Origin: Candidatus Latescibacterota bacterium | GTDB lineage: Bacteria; Latescibacterota; UBA2968; GCA-2709665 | Direction of reading: 5' to 3' | NCBI GenBank assembly: GCA_965208835.1 | Contig: OZ242358.1 | Span: 3,904,001-3,968,000 of the forward strand | DNA length: 64,000 bases | Shown: positions 10,438 through 21,300 of the stretch, piece after piece | Position numbering within the stretch: position 1 is the first letter of the stretch | Layout of the letters: the number at the start of each line of letters is the position of its first letter | The notes under the pieces: model-generated | What the model was told of the DNA's origin: nothing | Databases searched by the model: none | What the model saw: only the letters and a program-made list of their open reading frames with translations | Position numbers and translations under genes: made by a program

Positions 10438-12081
10438 ATGTCGACCAATGGCAAAGGCGAGCCCTCCACACTGCTGAGCGTCAGTTCATTGGAGGAAATG
10501 GATGAGGAGCCGATCTCTTCGTCTCCACTCAACCTGCATACCCTGCTCGATATCGAAGACTTCAACGGCCGCGTTGTGGCCGGCTACAATACAGGCATTG
10601 CCGAACAGGGGTTGCCTGCCGACGTCGGCGTTGCCCGCAGCCTCGTGGGGCCGGGCACCGGCGCCCTTCGCGACTTCAGCTACATCGCGCCCGAGATCCC
10701 GGAATTCATCCAGGAGAACTGCGTCGGCTGCATGGACTGCGTCACCGAATGTCCCGATACGGCCATACTGGGCAAGATTGCGACCCGCGAAGACCTGGAC
10801 GCCGCGCTGGCCAGGACGACCGATCCGGAAAAGAGGGAATTCCTGCGCAACCAGTTTTCCGAGACTTCGAAGTACTACAAGAACTTTGAGAAAAAGGGCA
10901 AGGAAGGCGCTTACTTCGGCATCTTCATAGACCCCACCAAGTGCAAGGGCTGCGCCGAATGCGTCGAGGTCTGCGCCGACAAGGATGCCCTGAAAATGGT
11001 CACCAAAACGGAAGACAACCTGGAGGAATTCCGCGCTGCCTGGGACTTCCACAACGACCTGCCTGAATCTCCGAGCGAATATATCCTGGACAAATCCGTT
11101 CAGGACATGATGCTGGCCGAACGATCTCTGCTCTACGTGGGCGGCGCGGGATCATGCATGGGCTGCGGAGAAGCCACGGCCCTGCGTATGATGCTGGCGT
11201 CCACGGGTTATCTGCACGGGCCCGAAAACATCGGCCTCGTCGCATCCACGGGCTGCAACACCGTCTACACCTCCACCTATCCATACAACCCTTATACGGT
11301 GCCCTGGACCAACTCCCTCTTCGAAAACGGGCCCACCGATGCCATGGGCGTGCGGGCCCGCTGGGACCAGATGGGCTGGCGGGACAAGAAGATATGGGTC
11401 ATAGGCGGAGACGGGGCCATGCTGGATATCGGTTTCCAGGCGCTCTCACGGATGCTCATGTCAGGTATGAATATCAACGTCCTGGTCCTGGATACCCAGG
11501 TCTACTCCAATACAGGCGGACAGGCCTCCACCTCCAGTTACATGGGGCAGAACACCAAGATGTCCGTCCACGGCTCCGCCGTTCCCGGAAAAACCGAACG
11601 CCGCAAGGAACTCGGACAGATCTGCATGATGCATCCGGACACCTTCGTGGCCCAGACCATCTGCAGCCTGCAGAACCACTTCTACCGCGCGATCGCCGCG
11701 GCCAACGAGTTCGACGGCCCGGCCGTTATCAACGTATTCACCACGTGCCAGCCCGAACACGGTGTGGGAGACCACCTGGCCGGACACCAGGCCAAACTTG
11801 CCATGGAGTCCCGGGCATTCCCCATTTTCATCTACGATCCGCGCAAGGGAGAACGCATCAAGGAGCGGCTGGATCTCCGGGGCAATCCCGCCGTAAAGGA
11901 CGACTGGTATACCATTCGCAAAACCGGCGAAACCGTCGACTTTGTTACTTTCGCCCGGACCGAAGGGCGTTTCGCCAAGCACTTCGACAAAGACGGAAAC
12001 CCTTCCGAAACCTTGATGGCCGCCCAGGAAGACCGCCGGCAGAACTGGCGCATGCTCCAGGAGATGGCCGGCATTATCTAA
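10438..12081 (+). CDS. Pyruvate:ferredoxin oxidoreductase, ferredoxin + TPP-binding subunit
   Basis: CVGCMDCVTECP, CKGCAECVEVC, SCMGCGE, GGDGAMLDIG and YSNTGGQ motifs. Confidence 0.9.
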   Translation: MSTNGKGEPSTLLSVSSLEEMDEEPISSSPLNLHTLLDIEDFNGRVVAGYNTGIAEQGLPADVGVARSLVGPGTGALRDFSYIAPEIPEFIQENCVGCMDCVTECPDTAILGKIATREDLDAALARTTDPEKREFLRNQFSETSKYYKNFEKKGKEGAYFGIFIDPTKCKGCAECVEVCADKDALKMVTKTEDNLEEFRAAWDFHNDLPESPSEYILDKSVQDMMLAERSLLYVGGAGSCMGCGEATALRMMLASTGYLHGPENIGLVASTGCNTVYTSTYPYNPYTVPWTNSLFENGPTDAMGVRARWDQMGWRDKKIWVIGGDGAMLDIGFQALSRMLMSGMNINVLVLDTQVYSNTGGQASTSSYMGQNTKMSVHGSAVPGKTERRKELGQICMMHPDTFVAQTICSLQNHFYRAIAAANEFDGPAVINVFTTCQPEHGVGDHLAGHQAKLAMESRAFPIFIYDPRKGERIKERLDLRGNPAVKDDWYTIRKTGETVDFVTFARTEGRFAKHFDKDGNPSETLMAAQEDRRQNWRMLQEMAGII

Positions 12082-12268
12082 GAAGCTGTCTCAAAATTCC
12101 CAGCGGTCTTCGCGCGGCTGCAAGAGCGCCGGTCGGCGTTGGTCAAATCCACCCGTCTTACGAGATCGAGGCTGCGCTTGCTCGCCTCTCATAGGCGAAT
12201 TTTCCCGCCTTGACCGCCACTTTTTCGCTCGCGCTCGGGAACTCACCGGTAATTTTAAAACAGCTTCT
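12081..12268. mobile_element. MITE-like repeat family A, long form (inverted)
   Basis: Begins on the last base of the PFOR TAA stop. Reverse complement of 209-396. Confidence 0.85.
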
Positions 12269-12310
12269 GAACCCTCGCCGCAGGCAGTTTAAATGGTCTC
12301 TGCACTGAAA

Positions 12311-12350
12311 GCCTCTGGAGGAGTGCCTCCGGGGGTTTTCTTGTTTTGTT
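12311..12350 (+). terminator. Intrinsic terminator after PFOR
   Basis: GCCTCTGGAGG-agtg-CCTCCGGGGGT hairpin followed by a T-rich tail. Confidence 0.7.
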
Positions 12351-12525
12351 TCCGCTCCTGCCGTGCGAAAGGGCAACATATTTGACTTTTCGGGCGTCTA
12401 CGGGTAAATTCAGGAGCCGATTGGACATCGATCGATTCGCCTGTATCGGCCGAGCGGGTGGACGAGGTTTCCCCTCGCGCCGGAGAACACCAGGAATTCT
12501 GAAACAACCTCTAACGAGGCCGCGA

Positions 12526-15228
12526 ATGTCTGATAAAGTCATCCGAGTTCCCTCCCGAGACGTCGACCCCGCAGAAACCCAGGACTGGGTCGAGTCGCTC
12601 GACTACGCCCTGAAAAACTACGGTCCGGACCGGGTGCGCTTCCTGTTCAAGAAAATCGAAGAGTGGGCGCACCGTGCGGAAGTCGTCATCCCCTTCAGCG
12701 CCAATACGCCCTATGTCAACACGATTCCGGCGGACCAGCAGCACCCGTATCCGGGCAACCGCGAAATCGAACGCCGCATCAAGAGCATCATTCGATGGAA
12801 CGCGATGGCGATGGTGGTCCGAGCCAACCGGGAATACGATGGGATTGGCGGCCATATTTCCACCTATGCGTCGGCCGCCACGCTGCTCGAGGTGGGTTTC
12901 GACCACTTCTTTCACGGACGGGGCAACGGATTCGTGGGCGACCAGGTGTATTTCCAGGGGCACGCCGCGCCGGGTGTCTACGCGCGGGCGTTCCTCGAAG
13001 GCAGGATCGACGAGCAGGCCCTGGAAAATTTCCGCCGGGACCTCCGGCGCCCCGGCGGCCTCTCCTCCTATCCGCATCCATGGCTGATGCCGGACTTCTG
13101 GGAATATCCAACCGTATCCATGGGCCTGGCGCCCATAATGGGCATCTATCACGCGCGTTTCAACCGCTACCTGGAGGACCGGGGTCTCAGGGACACCTCC
13201 GGTTCCCACGTGTGGGTCTTCATGGGCGACGGAGAAACCGACGAACCTGAATCCCTCGGCGCGATTACCCTGGCGTCCAGGGAAAAGCTGGACAACCTCA
13301 TCTTCGTGATCAACTGCAATCTCCAGCGGCTGGACGGACCCGTACGCGGCAACGGCAAGATCATCCAGGAATTGGAAGCCGCCTTCCGCGGCGCCGGCTG
13401 GAACGTCATCAAGGTGATCTGGGGAGACGACTGGGACCCATTGCTGAATCGCGACCACGAAGGGATACTGGTCCAGCGAATGAACGAAGTGGTGGACGGC
13501 CAATACCAGAAATACACAGTTGAATCGGGCGAATATATCCGCAGAGATTTCTTCGGCACCCACCCCGGGCTGCTCGACATGGTCGACCACCTTTCGGACG
13601 AGCAGCTGCAGAAGATGCGCCGCGGCGGGCACGACCCGGAAAAGGTATTCGCCGCGTACAAGTCGGCCGTTGAGCACAAGGGTTCGCCCACCGTCATCCT
13701 GGCGAAGACAATCAAGGGTTACGGTGTAGGCGAATCCGGCGAGGGCCGGAACGTCACTCACCAGCAGAAAAAACTCAATGAAGACGAACTGCGGGAATTC
13801 CGATCTCGATTCGGGATTCCCATCTCGGACGACGAGGTCGCCGCCGCGCCCTTCTACCGGCCTCCTGAAGACAGTCCCGAGATCGAGTATATGAAACAAC
13901 GCCGCGAGGAGCTGGGCGGGTACCTGCCCCGCAGGCAGGTCAACACGGAGCCCCTCGCCGCTCCCGGTCTGCACCTTTTCGACGAATTCCTGAAGGGCAC
14001 GAAGGGGCGGCAGGCCTCGACGACGATGGCCTTCGTGAGGATGTTCTCGAAGCTCCTGCGCGATCCCGAGATCGGCAATCTCATCGTGCCCATCATTCCG
14101 GACGAAGCCCGCACGTTCGGAATGGAACCGCTCTTTCGTCAATGCGGAATCTACTCCCGCGTCGGCCAGCTCTACGAGCCCGTCGACGCCGACAGGCTTC
14201 TGTATTACCGGGAAGTCAGGGAGGGGCAGATCCTGGAAGAAGGCATCAACGAAGCCGGTTCCATGTGCTCGTTCATCGCAGCCGGCACCGCCTATGCGAC
14301 ATGCGGCGTGAACACAATCCCGTTTTTCATCTACTACTCCATGTTCGGCTTTCAGCGCATCGGGGACCTGATCTGGGCCGCAGCGGACATGCGGTGCAAG
14401 GGGTTTCTCCTCGGCGGCACGGCCGGACGGACGACGTTGAACGGAGAGGGTCTTCAGCACCAGGACGGCCACAGCCACGTGCTGGCCAACACCGTCCCCA
14501 ATTTGCTTACGTACGATCCTGCATATGCGTACGAAATCGCGGTCATCGTACAGGACGGGATCCGGCGGATGTACGGTAATCAGGAAGACGTCTTCTATTA
14601 TCTGACGCTGGGAAACGAACCCTACGACATGCCCGCCATGCCGGAGGGCGCCGGGGAAGGCATCATCAAAGGCATCTATAAGCTCAAGGAGCAGTCGCTG
14701 GAAAACGCGGCGCACCAGGTTCAACTGTTCGGCAGCGGCGCTATCCTGAGAGAGGCCATTCGCGCCCGGAGCATTCTGGCTGAGAGATATGACATCTCCG
14801 CGCAGGTCTGGAGCGTCACCAGTTACAAGGAACTGCGACGAGACGCCCTCGAAACCGAGCGCTGGAACCGATTACACCCGTCGGAACCCCCGCGCAAGCC
14901 CTACATCTCGGAAGTACTCGAAGACGCCCGCGGCCCCATCGTGGCCGCTTCCGATTACATGAAGATCCTGCCCGACATGATCCGACCGTGGGTGCCGCTG
15001 GATCTGGTTGCGCTGGGTACCGACGGCTTTGGAAGAAGCGATACCAGGGAGGCGCTTCGCCGGCACTTCGAAGTCGATGCCGAGTCCATCGCCGTCGCCA
15101 CGCTCCACGCCCTCGCCAGCCAGGGGAGGATCGGACCGGACCGGGTTGCGCGCGCCATCGAGGACCTTGGCGTCGACCCCGAAAAGGCCAATCCGGTCGC
15201 GGCCGGCCCAACATTGAGTTACGGATAG
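12526..15228 (+). CDS. aceE: Pyruvate dehydrogenase E1, homodimeric type
   Basis: DVDPAETQDW, GGHIS, QGHAAPG, PTVSMGL, GDGETDEPES, NLQRLDGPV and GEGLQH motifs. Start at MSDKVIR. Confidence 0.96.
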   Translation: MSDKVIRVPSRDVDPAETQDWVESLDYALKNYGPDRVRFLFKKIEEWAHRAEVVIPFSANTPYVNTIPADQQHPYPGNREIERRIKSIIRWNAMAMVVRANREYDGIGGHISTYASAATLLEVGFDHFFHGRGNGFVGDQVYFQGHAAPGVYARAFLEGRIDEQALENFRRDLRRPGGLSSYPHPWLMPDFWEYPTVSMGLAPIMGIYHARFNRYLEDRGLRDTSGSHVWVFMGDGETDEPESLGAITLASREKLDNLIFVINCNLQRLDGPVRGNGKIIQELEAAFRGAGWNVIKVIWGDDWDPLLNRDHEGILVQRMNEVVDGQYQKYTVESGEYIRRDFFGTHPGLLDMVDHLSDEQLQKMRRGGHDPEKVFAAYKSAVEHKGSPTVILAKTIKGYGVGESGEGRNVTHQQKKLNEDELREFRSRFGIPISDDEVAAAPFYRPPEDSPEIEYMKQRREELGGYLPRRQVNTEPLAAPGLHLFDEFLKGTKGRQASTTMAFVRMFSKLLRDPEIGNLIVPIIPDEARTFGMEPLFRQCGIYSRVGQLYEPVDADRLLYYREVREGQILEEGINEAGSMCSFIAAGTAYATCGVNTIPFFIYYSMFGFQRIGDLIWAAADMRCKGFLLGGTAGRTTLNGEGLQHQDGHSHVLANTVPNLLTYDPAYAYEIAVIVQDGIRRMYGNQEDVFYYLTLGNEPYDMPAMPEGAGEGIIKGIYKLKEQSLENAAHQVQLFGSGAILREAIRARSILAERYDISAQVWSVTSYKELRRDALETERWNRLHPSEPPRKPYISEVLEDARGPIVAASDYMKILPDMIRPWVPLDLVALGTDGFGRSDTREALRRHFEVDAESIAVATLHALASQGRIGPDRVARAIEDLGVDPEKANPVAAGPTLSYG

Positions 15229-15506
15229 TCGTGTCAGGTACCGGAAACAGGTTGCCATTGATCCGTCGGATCAAACCGGCTCGCCGCCGGCAGACTTTGA
15301 CGAACTGCAACGTGAGAGGCTGCTGAACCGTCTCTACGAAGAACAGGCATCCGCGAATTGACATCGTGAGGGCGTTCCGGTAACCGGGTTTGGCTGACTG
15401 CTGAGAGTTGACAGCTGTTTTTTCTGCTTCCGGTTGGGCCAATCCGGGCGGTTAATTTCCGGGACTGAACGCCGGCGTCGTCTGTAGCGCCCGAAAAGGA
15501 GGAACC

Positions 15507-16799
15507 GTGGCTGAGGAAATCAGACTTCCGGACCTTGGCGAAGGCATCGATCAGGGCGACGTGGTGCGCATCCTGGTCTCGGAAGGAGATTCGATCGAGG
15601 TCGATCAGCCCGTCATCGAACTTGAAACAGACAAGGCGCTGGTTGAAGTTCCATCGTCAGTTGCCGGAACCGTCGCTACGGTCAACGTCAGCAGTGGCGA
15701 AAGCATCTCACCCGGCGCCGTGCTCGTCACCGTCAACGCGGAACAGGCGGGCGACACCCCGGAAGCCGTACGGGAGTCGCACGCGAAGGACAAGAACGAA
15801 CAGCAGCCTCCCACGGACGCGCCGGCGGAACGGCGAGCGCCGCCCGATCCGGTGAACGCGGACACGGACGAAGAAACGCCCGCCGTCGTGAAATCCTCAA
15901 GCGTCACCGTGCCGGCCGCTCCTTCCGTGCGGCGGTTCGCACGGGAACTCGGCGTCGATCTCCGGCAGGTTCCGGGCAGCGGAGCGGGAGGACGGATCAC
16001 CCGTGACGACGTGAAGAGCTATGTACAGTCCTCCCTGAACGAATCGGCGCAGGCCGGACCCGTCGTCGCGCCTGACCTGCCGGACTTCACCCGATGGGGC
16101 CACGTCGAGCGACAACCCCTGCCAGGTGTCCGCAGAACCATTGCGCAGAACGTGGGCACGGCGTGGGCGCAGATCCCCCACGTCACGCAGTTCGACCGGG
16201 CCGACGTGACGGACCTGGAGGCTTTCAGGCAGCGACAAAAGGCCAGTACCGAAGCGCGGGGCGGCAAGCTCACGCCCACGCCATTTGTACTGAAAGCCGT
16301 TGTCAGCGCACTGAAGGCCTTCCCGCAGTTCAACGCCAGCCTGGACCAGGCGGCCGGACAGCTCGTCCTCAAGCACTACTACCACATCGGCGTGGCCGTT
16401 GATACGGAGCGTGGCCTGCTCGTGCCGGTTATCCGCGACGTCGACCGGCGCGACATCTTCGAACTGGCCATTCAACTCGACGACCTCGCCCGCCGCACGC
16501 GGGAGGGACGGGCCGATCTCGAAGAGCTTCAGGGCGGCACCTTTACCGTCACCAACCTGGGGAGCATCGGCGGGACTTCCTTCACTCCGATCGTCAATTT
16601 CCCCGAAGTCGCCATACTCGGCATGGGACGGTCCCGGCAGGAACCCGTCGTGCGCGATGGGCGCATCGAAGCCCGTCTCATCATGCCTGTCTGCCTGTCT
16701 TACGATCATCGCGTCGTGGATGGCGCCGACGGCGCACGATTCACAAGGCACCTGGTTGAGTCCCTCGAAAACCCGGAACGTCTGCTACTCGGGGGATGA
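15507..16799 (+). CDS. aceF: Dihydrolipoamide acetyltransferase E2, single lipoyl domain
   Basis: ETDKA lipoyl site, AAPSVRRFARELGV binding domain, DHRVVDG catalytic motif. Confidence 0.93.
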   Translation: MAEEIRLPDLGEGIDQGDVVRILVSEGDSIEVDQPVIELETDKALVEVPSSVAGTVATVNVSSGESISPGAVLVTVNAEQAGDTPEAVRESHAKDKNEQQPPTDAPAERRAPPDPVNADTDEETPAVVKSSSVTVPAAPSVRRFARELGVDLRQVPGSGAGGRITRDDVKSYVQSSLNESAQAGPVVAPDLPDFTRWGHVERQPLPGVRRTIAQNVGTAWAQIPHVTQFDRADVTDLEAFRQRQKASTEARGGKLTPTPFVLKAVVSALKAFPQFNASLDQAAGQLVLKHYYHIGVAVDTERGLLVPVIRDVDRRDIFELAIQLDDLARRTREGRADLEELQGGTFTVTNLGSIGGTSFTPIVNFPEVAILGMGRSRQEPVVRDGRIEARLIMPVCLSYDHRVVDGADGARFTRHLVESLENPERLLLGG

Positions 16800-16863
16800 A
16801 CCCCATTCCACAAACCCGATGGCCCGCACCAGGGCCATCCCGCTACCCTTGTCCGGAGCGACC

Positions 16864-18282
16864 ATGCCGGAAGGTACCCACAGGACCGACCTCCTCGTAA
16901 TCGGCGGCGGGCCGGGCGGTTACGCCGCCGCTTTCAGGTCGGCGGACCTCGGAATCCCGGTTACGCTGGTGGAAGCCGACGACCGGCTCGGAGGAACCTG
17001 CCTGCTCCACGGTTGCATCCCCTCAAAAGCCCTGCTGCACGTCGCAGGCCTGATTTCGGAATCCCGCGAAGCGGCAGCGTGCGGATTAACGTTCTCCGAA
17101 CCGGAAATCGATCTCGATAAAATGCGCGGCTGGAAAGACGGGATTCTCACGAAGCTCTCGCGCGGCCTCGACGCGTTGTGCCGTCGGCGCCGGGTCAGGC
17201 GCATCCGCGGCCGCGCCGCGTTCGAGTCTTCCCAACGGGTCCGAATCTCGGGCGGTGACGACGTCTCTAAGATCGACTTCGTGCATGCCATCGTCGCCAC
17301 GGGGTCCCGGCCGGCGTTGCCGCCAATTTTTGACATTGACAGTCCGAAAATCCTGGACTCGACCAGGGCGCTTGACCTGGAGAACATCCCCGATCGCATA
17401 CTTGCCGTAGGCGGGGGTATCGTCGGACTCGAACTGAGCACCGTCTACGCCCGGCTTGGAAGCCGGGTGACGCTCGTCGAGATTACCGACGGCCTCCTGC
17501 CCGGCGTGGACCGGGACCTGGTCAAACCCCTGCAAAAACACGTCGAAGGCATTTTCGACGGAATCCACGTCAACACCGCCGTCGCCTCCCTGGAAGAAGG
17601 CGAATACGAGATTACAGCAAGTTTTGATGGGGATTTCAAGGGGGGCTCGCAGGCCTTCGACAACATCCTGCTCTCTGCCGGCCGGGTTCCAAACACCGGG
17701 GATCTGGGGCTGGAAAACACGAGGGTCGAGCTCTCGGATGCCGGCTTCATTGTCGTCGACGGACACATGCGCACGGCCGATACCCGCATTTTCGCCCTTG
17801 GAGACGTTGTGGATGGCCCCGGGCTCGCCCACAAGGCCGCCCACCAGGGGAAAGTTGCCGCCGAGGTCATCGCCGGGCAACCCGCGGCCTTTGACAGCAT
17901 CGTCCCCTCCGTCGTCTACACGGACCCGGAGATCGCGTGGTGCGGCCTGACGGAAACCGAGGCGCGTATACAGGAGCATCCTGTCAAGACCGCCCGCTAC
18001 CCCTGGGCCGCCTCGGGCCGGGCTGCAACTATCGGCCGTACCGAGGGGCTTACGAAACTGATTTTCGACCCGGAAACCAGCCGAATTCTGGGGGCGGGGA
18101 TCGTCGGCCCCAACGCCGGCGAACTCATCGCCGAAGCCGTCCTCGGTGTCGAAATGGGCGCTGTCGCCGAAGACCTGGCGCACACGATCCACCCCCATCC
18201 TTCCCTGTCAGAATCCCTGGGCATCGCCGCCGAGGTACATCTGGGCACCGCGACCGACCTCTACATTCCAAAAAAGAGATAA
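16864..18282 (+). CDS. lpdA: Dihydrolipoamide dehydrogenase E3
   Basis: GGGPGGY, GGTCLLHGCIPSK and HPHPSLSE motifs. Start at MPEGTH after GGAG. Confidence 0.95.
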   Translation: MPEGTHRTDLLVIGGGPGGYAAAFRSADLGIPVTLVEADDRLGGTCLLHGCIPSKALLHVAGLISESREAAACGLTFSEPEIDLDKMRGWKDGILTKLSRGLDALCRRRRVRRIRGRAAFESSQRVRISGGDDVSKIDFVHAIVATGSRPALPPIFDIDSPKILDSTRALDLENIPDRILAVGGGIVGLELSTVYARLGSRVTLVEITDGLLPGVDRDLVKPLQKHVEGIFDGIHVNTAVASLEEGEYEITASFDGDFKGGSQAFDNILLSAGRVPNTGDLGLENTRVELSDAGFIVVDGHMRTADTRIFALGDVVDGPGLAHKAAHQGKVAAEVIAGQPAAFDSIVPSVVYTDPEIAWCGLTETEARIQEHPVKTARYPWAASGRAATIGRTEGLTKLIFDPETSRILGAGIVGPNAGELIAEAVLGVEMGAVAEDLAHTIHPHPSLSESLGIAAEVHLGTATDLYIPKKR

Positions 18283-18385
18283 CGTTACATCAGGCGACAG
18301 CGGCTGCCCGAAATTACCGCCTTTCGCGGTCGATCCGGATCCGACTTCATCGTGCAACGAGATTGACAGATATCCTGACGGAACG

Positions 18386-21300
18386 TCATTTCAACAGCAC
18401 CATCTTCCTCACGGCCGTGAACTTGCCCCCATCCACCGCCAGGCGGCTGCAGTAGACACCGCTGGATACTTCCTGCCCCGAGTCGTCCATCCCGTCCCAG
18501 GTTATCTGGTAATAACCGGCCTGCCGTTTTCCCTCTGCCAGCACGCGTATGCGTTGTCCTAACAGATTGTAGACAATCAGCGAGACGTCACCCGCCTCGG
18601 GTAACTGGTAAGCAATCTGGCATTCGATATTGAACGGGTTCGGAAAATTCTGATACAGGGCGTATTCACCGGGTTCGGCCGGGGCGTCCCCGAGGAAGCG
18701 GCCGGCGATCTTCCATCCCGTCACTTCGCCCGCGTCGGTCCCAATCACGACGCCGTCTCCAATTCTCAGGATGCGGGTCGGCTTCCCCGAAACCCTTCCA
18801 AGACCCCGGACCTCGCCGGATCCATCCAACACAATGATGCTGCCGTCCTCGCAGCCGGTCACGACCCAGGACGCTTCATTGGCACGCAGGTACGCCAGTA
18901 CCGTGGGCGGGCTGTGAAGCCGCCGTGTCCATACCCGATTGCAACGCGCATCCAGTGCCACCACGAGTCCCTTCGACGTGGCCGCGAGGATTTCTTTCTT
19001 CCCGTCTCCGTTCAGGTCTCCGATGGCCAAGTCGCGCATATTCTGCGCGGGAATCCGATTCCCCGGGCCGAAGTTTGCATTATAGAGGGCGGCGCCGTTC
19101 TCATTCCACACGGTGACCCGGTTCCAGGTACCGTTGATCTCGCTGATCACCTCTTTCGCCCCGTCGCCGTCCAGATCTTCGTACAGGATGTGTTTCCGGC
19201 TCATCGAGGCCCATCCGCCAATATACGTGTGGCCAGCCGGAACACCGGCGAACCGACCCCGGGTCACCTGCGCCGACCGACTGTTCACCACCGACAAAGC
19301 GTGCGAATCCGTGGGCTGTCGTGCGATCAGGAGATCGACGCCGCCCCTTGGACTCTGAATCAGTGCGAACCGGGTTCCGGGCCCCCAGAACACCGGCAAC
19401 CTCTCCTCGAGCTCTCCCCTGCCATTCAGGATTTCCAGCGTACACGCGCTTCCCACGAATGCCTGGCTCTTCCCGTTTCGAAAGATTCCGGTATGCAGCC
19501 CGTGGATCCCCTCGTGGCCCGGCGCCGTCTTGAACCAGTAGGTCTTCCCGGCCCGGTAGACCGCCGGGTGCATTTCGGACACGAACGTCCACCGGCGTCT
19601 TCCCTCCAGGTCGAATGCGATCACCTGTTCGTCCCTGCACCCCACGAGCAACAGCTGGAAAGCATCCCACCATGCCATCGCCCTGATAGGGGCGTCCGTT
19701 CTGAAAAACCGACCCTCACGGCCATCCTGTGTCAACAGATGGACCCCGCTTTCCGCCGCGACTCCGATCCACGTCTCACCTTCGGCCGTGAAGGAAATCA
19801 TGTCCGTCACGGGGCCGCCGATCCGCGTTCTCAGAAATAGAGGCGCGGGCGGACCCTCCGGCGCTACCCGAGCATCAGGAAGTTCTGCGTCCCGGCGGCG
19901 CGACGCCCTGGCCTGCGACAACATCCTGCTGAGCCTGTCGACCGTTTCGGCGAGCACGCCCGGATCCGGCGTCGCGCCAGTCAATTCGTGCCGACCCTCC
20001 GTCACATCGAACACGGCGCCGCTATCAGAATCGGCAAGGATCGGCAGCGGAACGCCGTCCATGACGACGTCCGACGGTTCGGCGAAGGACGCGCGGATGC
20101 GTGTTTCTTCCCTGGCCGTGAACACCGCCGATCCCGTGTGAAAATCCCAGTCCAGATCGACTGGCGCATCTGCTGCAAACAGAATTCCCGGTAAACCCGC
20201 GGTTTTCAAGTCCTTCCCGAAGAGGTGATCGCCGGCCAGCAGGACAAGGTCGCCCGCAATGCCGGCATATTCACCACAGACGGCGATGGCCGGCTCGGGA
20301 AGACCCAGTGCCGCCGCCTGCGTTCCGAGCCGCAGGCAGGAGACCGGAACTCCGGCCGCGCCGTTATCAGCAATAAGAGAAAAAAAGGTGCGCTCCTCGC
20401 CGGAGGATACGGCGCCCGTCCAGACCAGGGACGCCGTTCTCCCGTTCAGCGTTATTTCTACCGGGTCGGAGGCCCGGATTCCAAAGCGCACGCCGCCGGT
20501 CTCGATGTGCGACTCGCCGCCCGCTGCAATCGAACGCCACCGACCCGGCGCCGTCCATTCCGTTCTCACTTCGAGATTCGCACTATCCGTCCGGAATTTC
20601 AGTCGGTCCACGAACAGCGCATACCTGCCCACGCGTTGCATCAGGGCACGGCGCCAGCTGCAGAACGAAGCATCGGGGACCTCGGCGACGGCCACGGCCG
20701 TCCTACCGACTACGTCCCGATAGCGAAGCGCAGCGTCCATCGGACTGTGCGGCTCCACAATTCCGTCGGCCCCAGTCAGCACCTGATTTCCGTACCCCTG
20801 AAGTATAGTTTCTCCGTCGAGGCGGAGTTCCAGAACCGCGAACGAGTGGTAGGGATTCCGGGACGCTCCGTTCAGCCCGTCGATCAGGACATAATCGCCC
20901 GTCCCGTCGCTCGTGCTTCGAAAACTCCCGAATTGAAACGAGTCCGAAAGCGGCAGCCCGCTCGCGCGTCGTTTCCACATTGGCTCGGGCAACTCGAGGA
21001 CGCTCCACTGTTGGACGAGATCGGTCGGCTGAGCCGGAACAAGGCCGGGCTCCGGCCAGAAAGACTGCCCCAGTCGGAACGCATCCAGGTTCACCCCCGT
21101 CCTGCGCGCGTATTCCAGATATCGCCCGTCACCCGTGAGATATGCGGCCTTGTGAAGATATCCGATAGACGCGTAACGAAGTGCCCAGTCGGGCTCGCGG
21201 CCGGATATCAGGATCTCCTGCCCGCGCAGCAGAGTTTCAAGAACGCCGTTCCGCAGCGCCGCCCGATCCCCCGAGATCAGCATATATGTGAGAATCGGGG

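Noticed and set aside
15218-15361. Open frame ...DFDELQRERLLNRLYEEQASAN* between aceE and aceF
   Set aside because: No start codon or RBS; may be a gene remnant but cannot be assigned.
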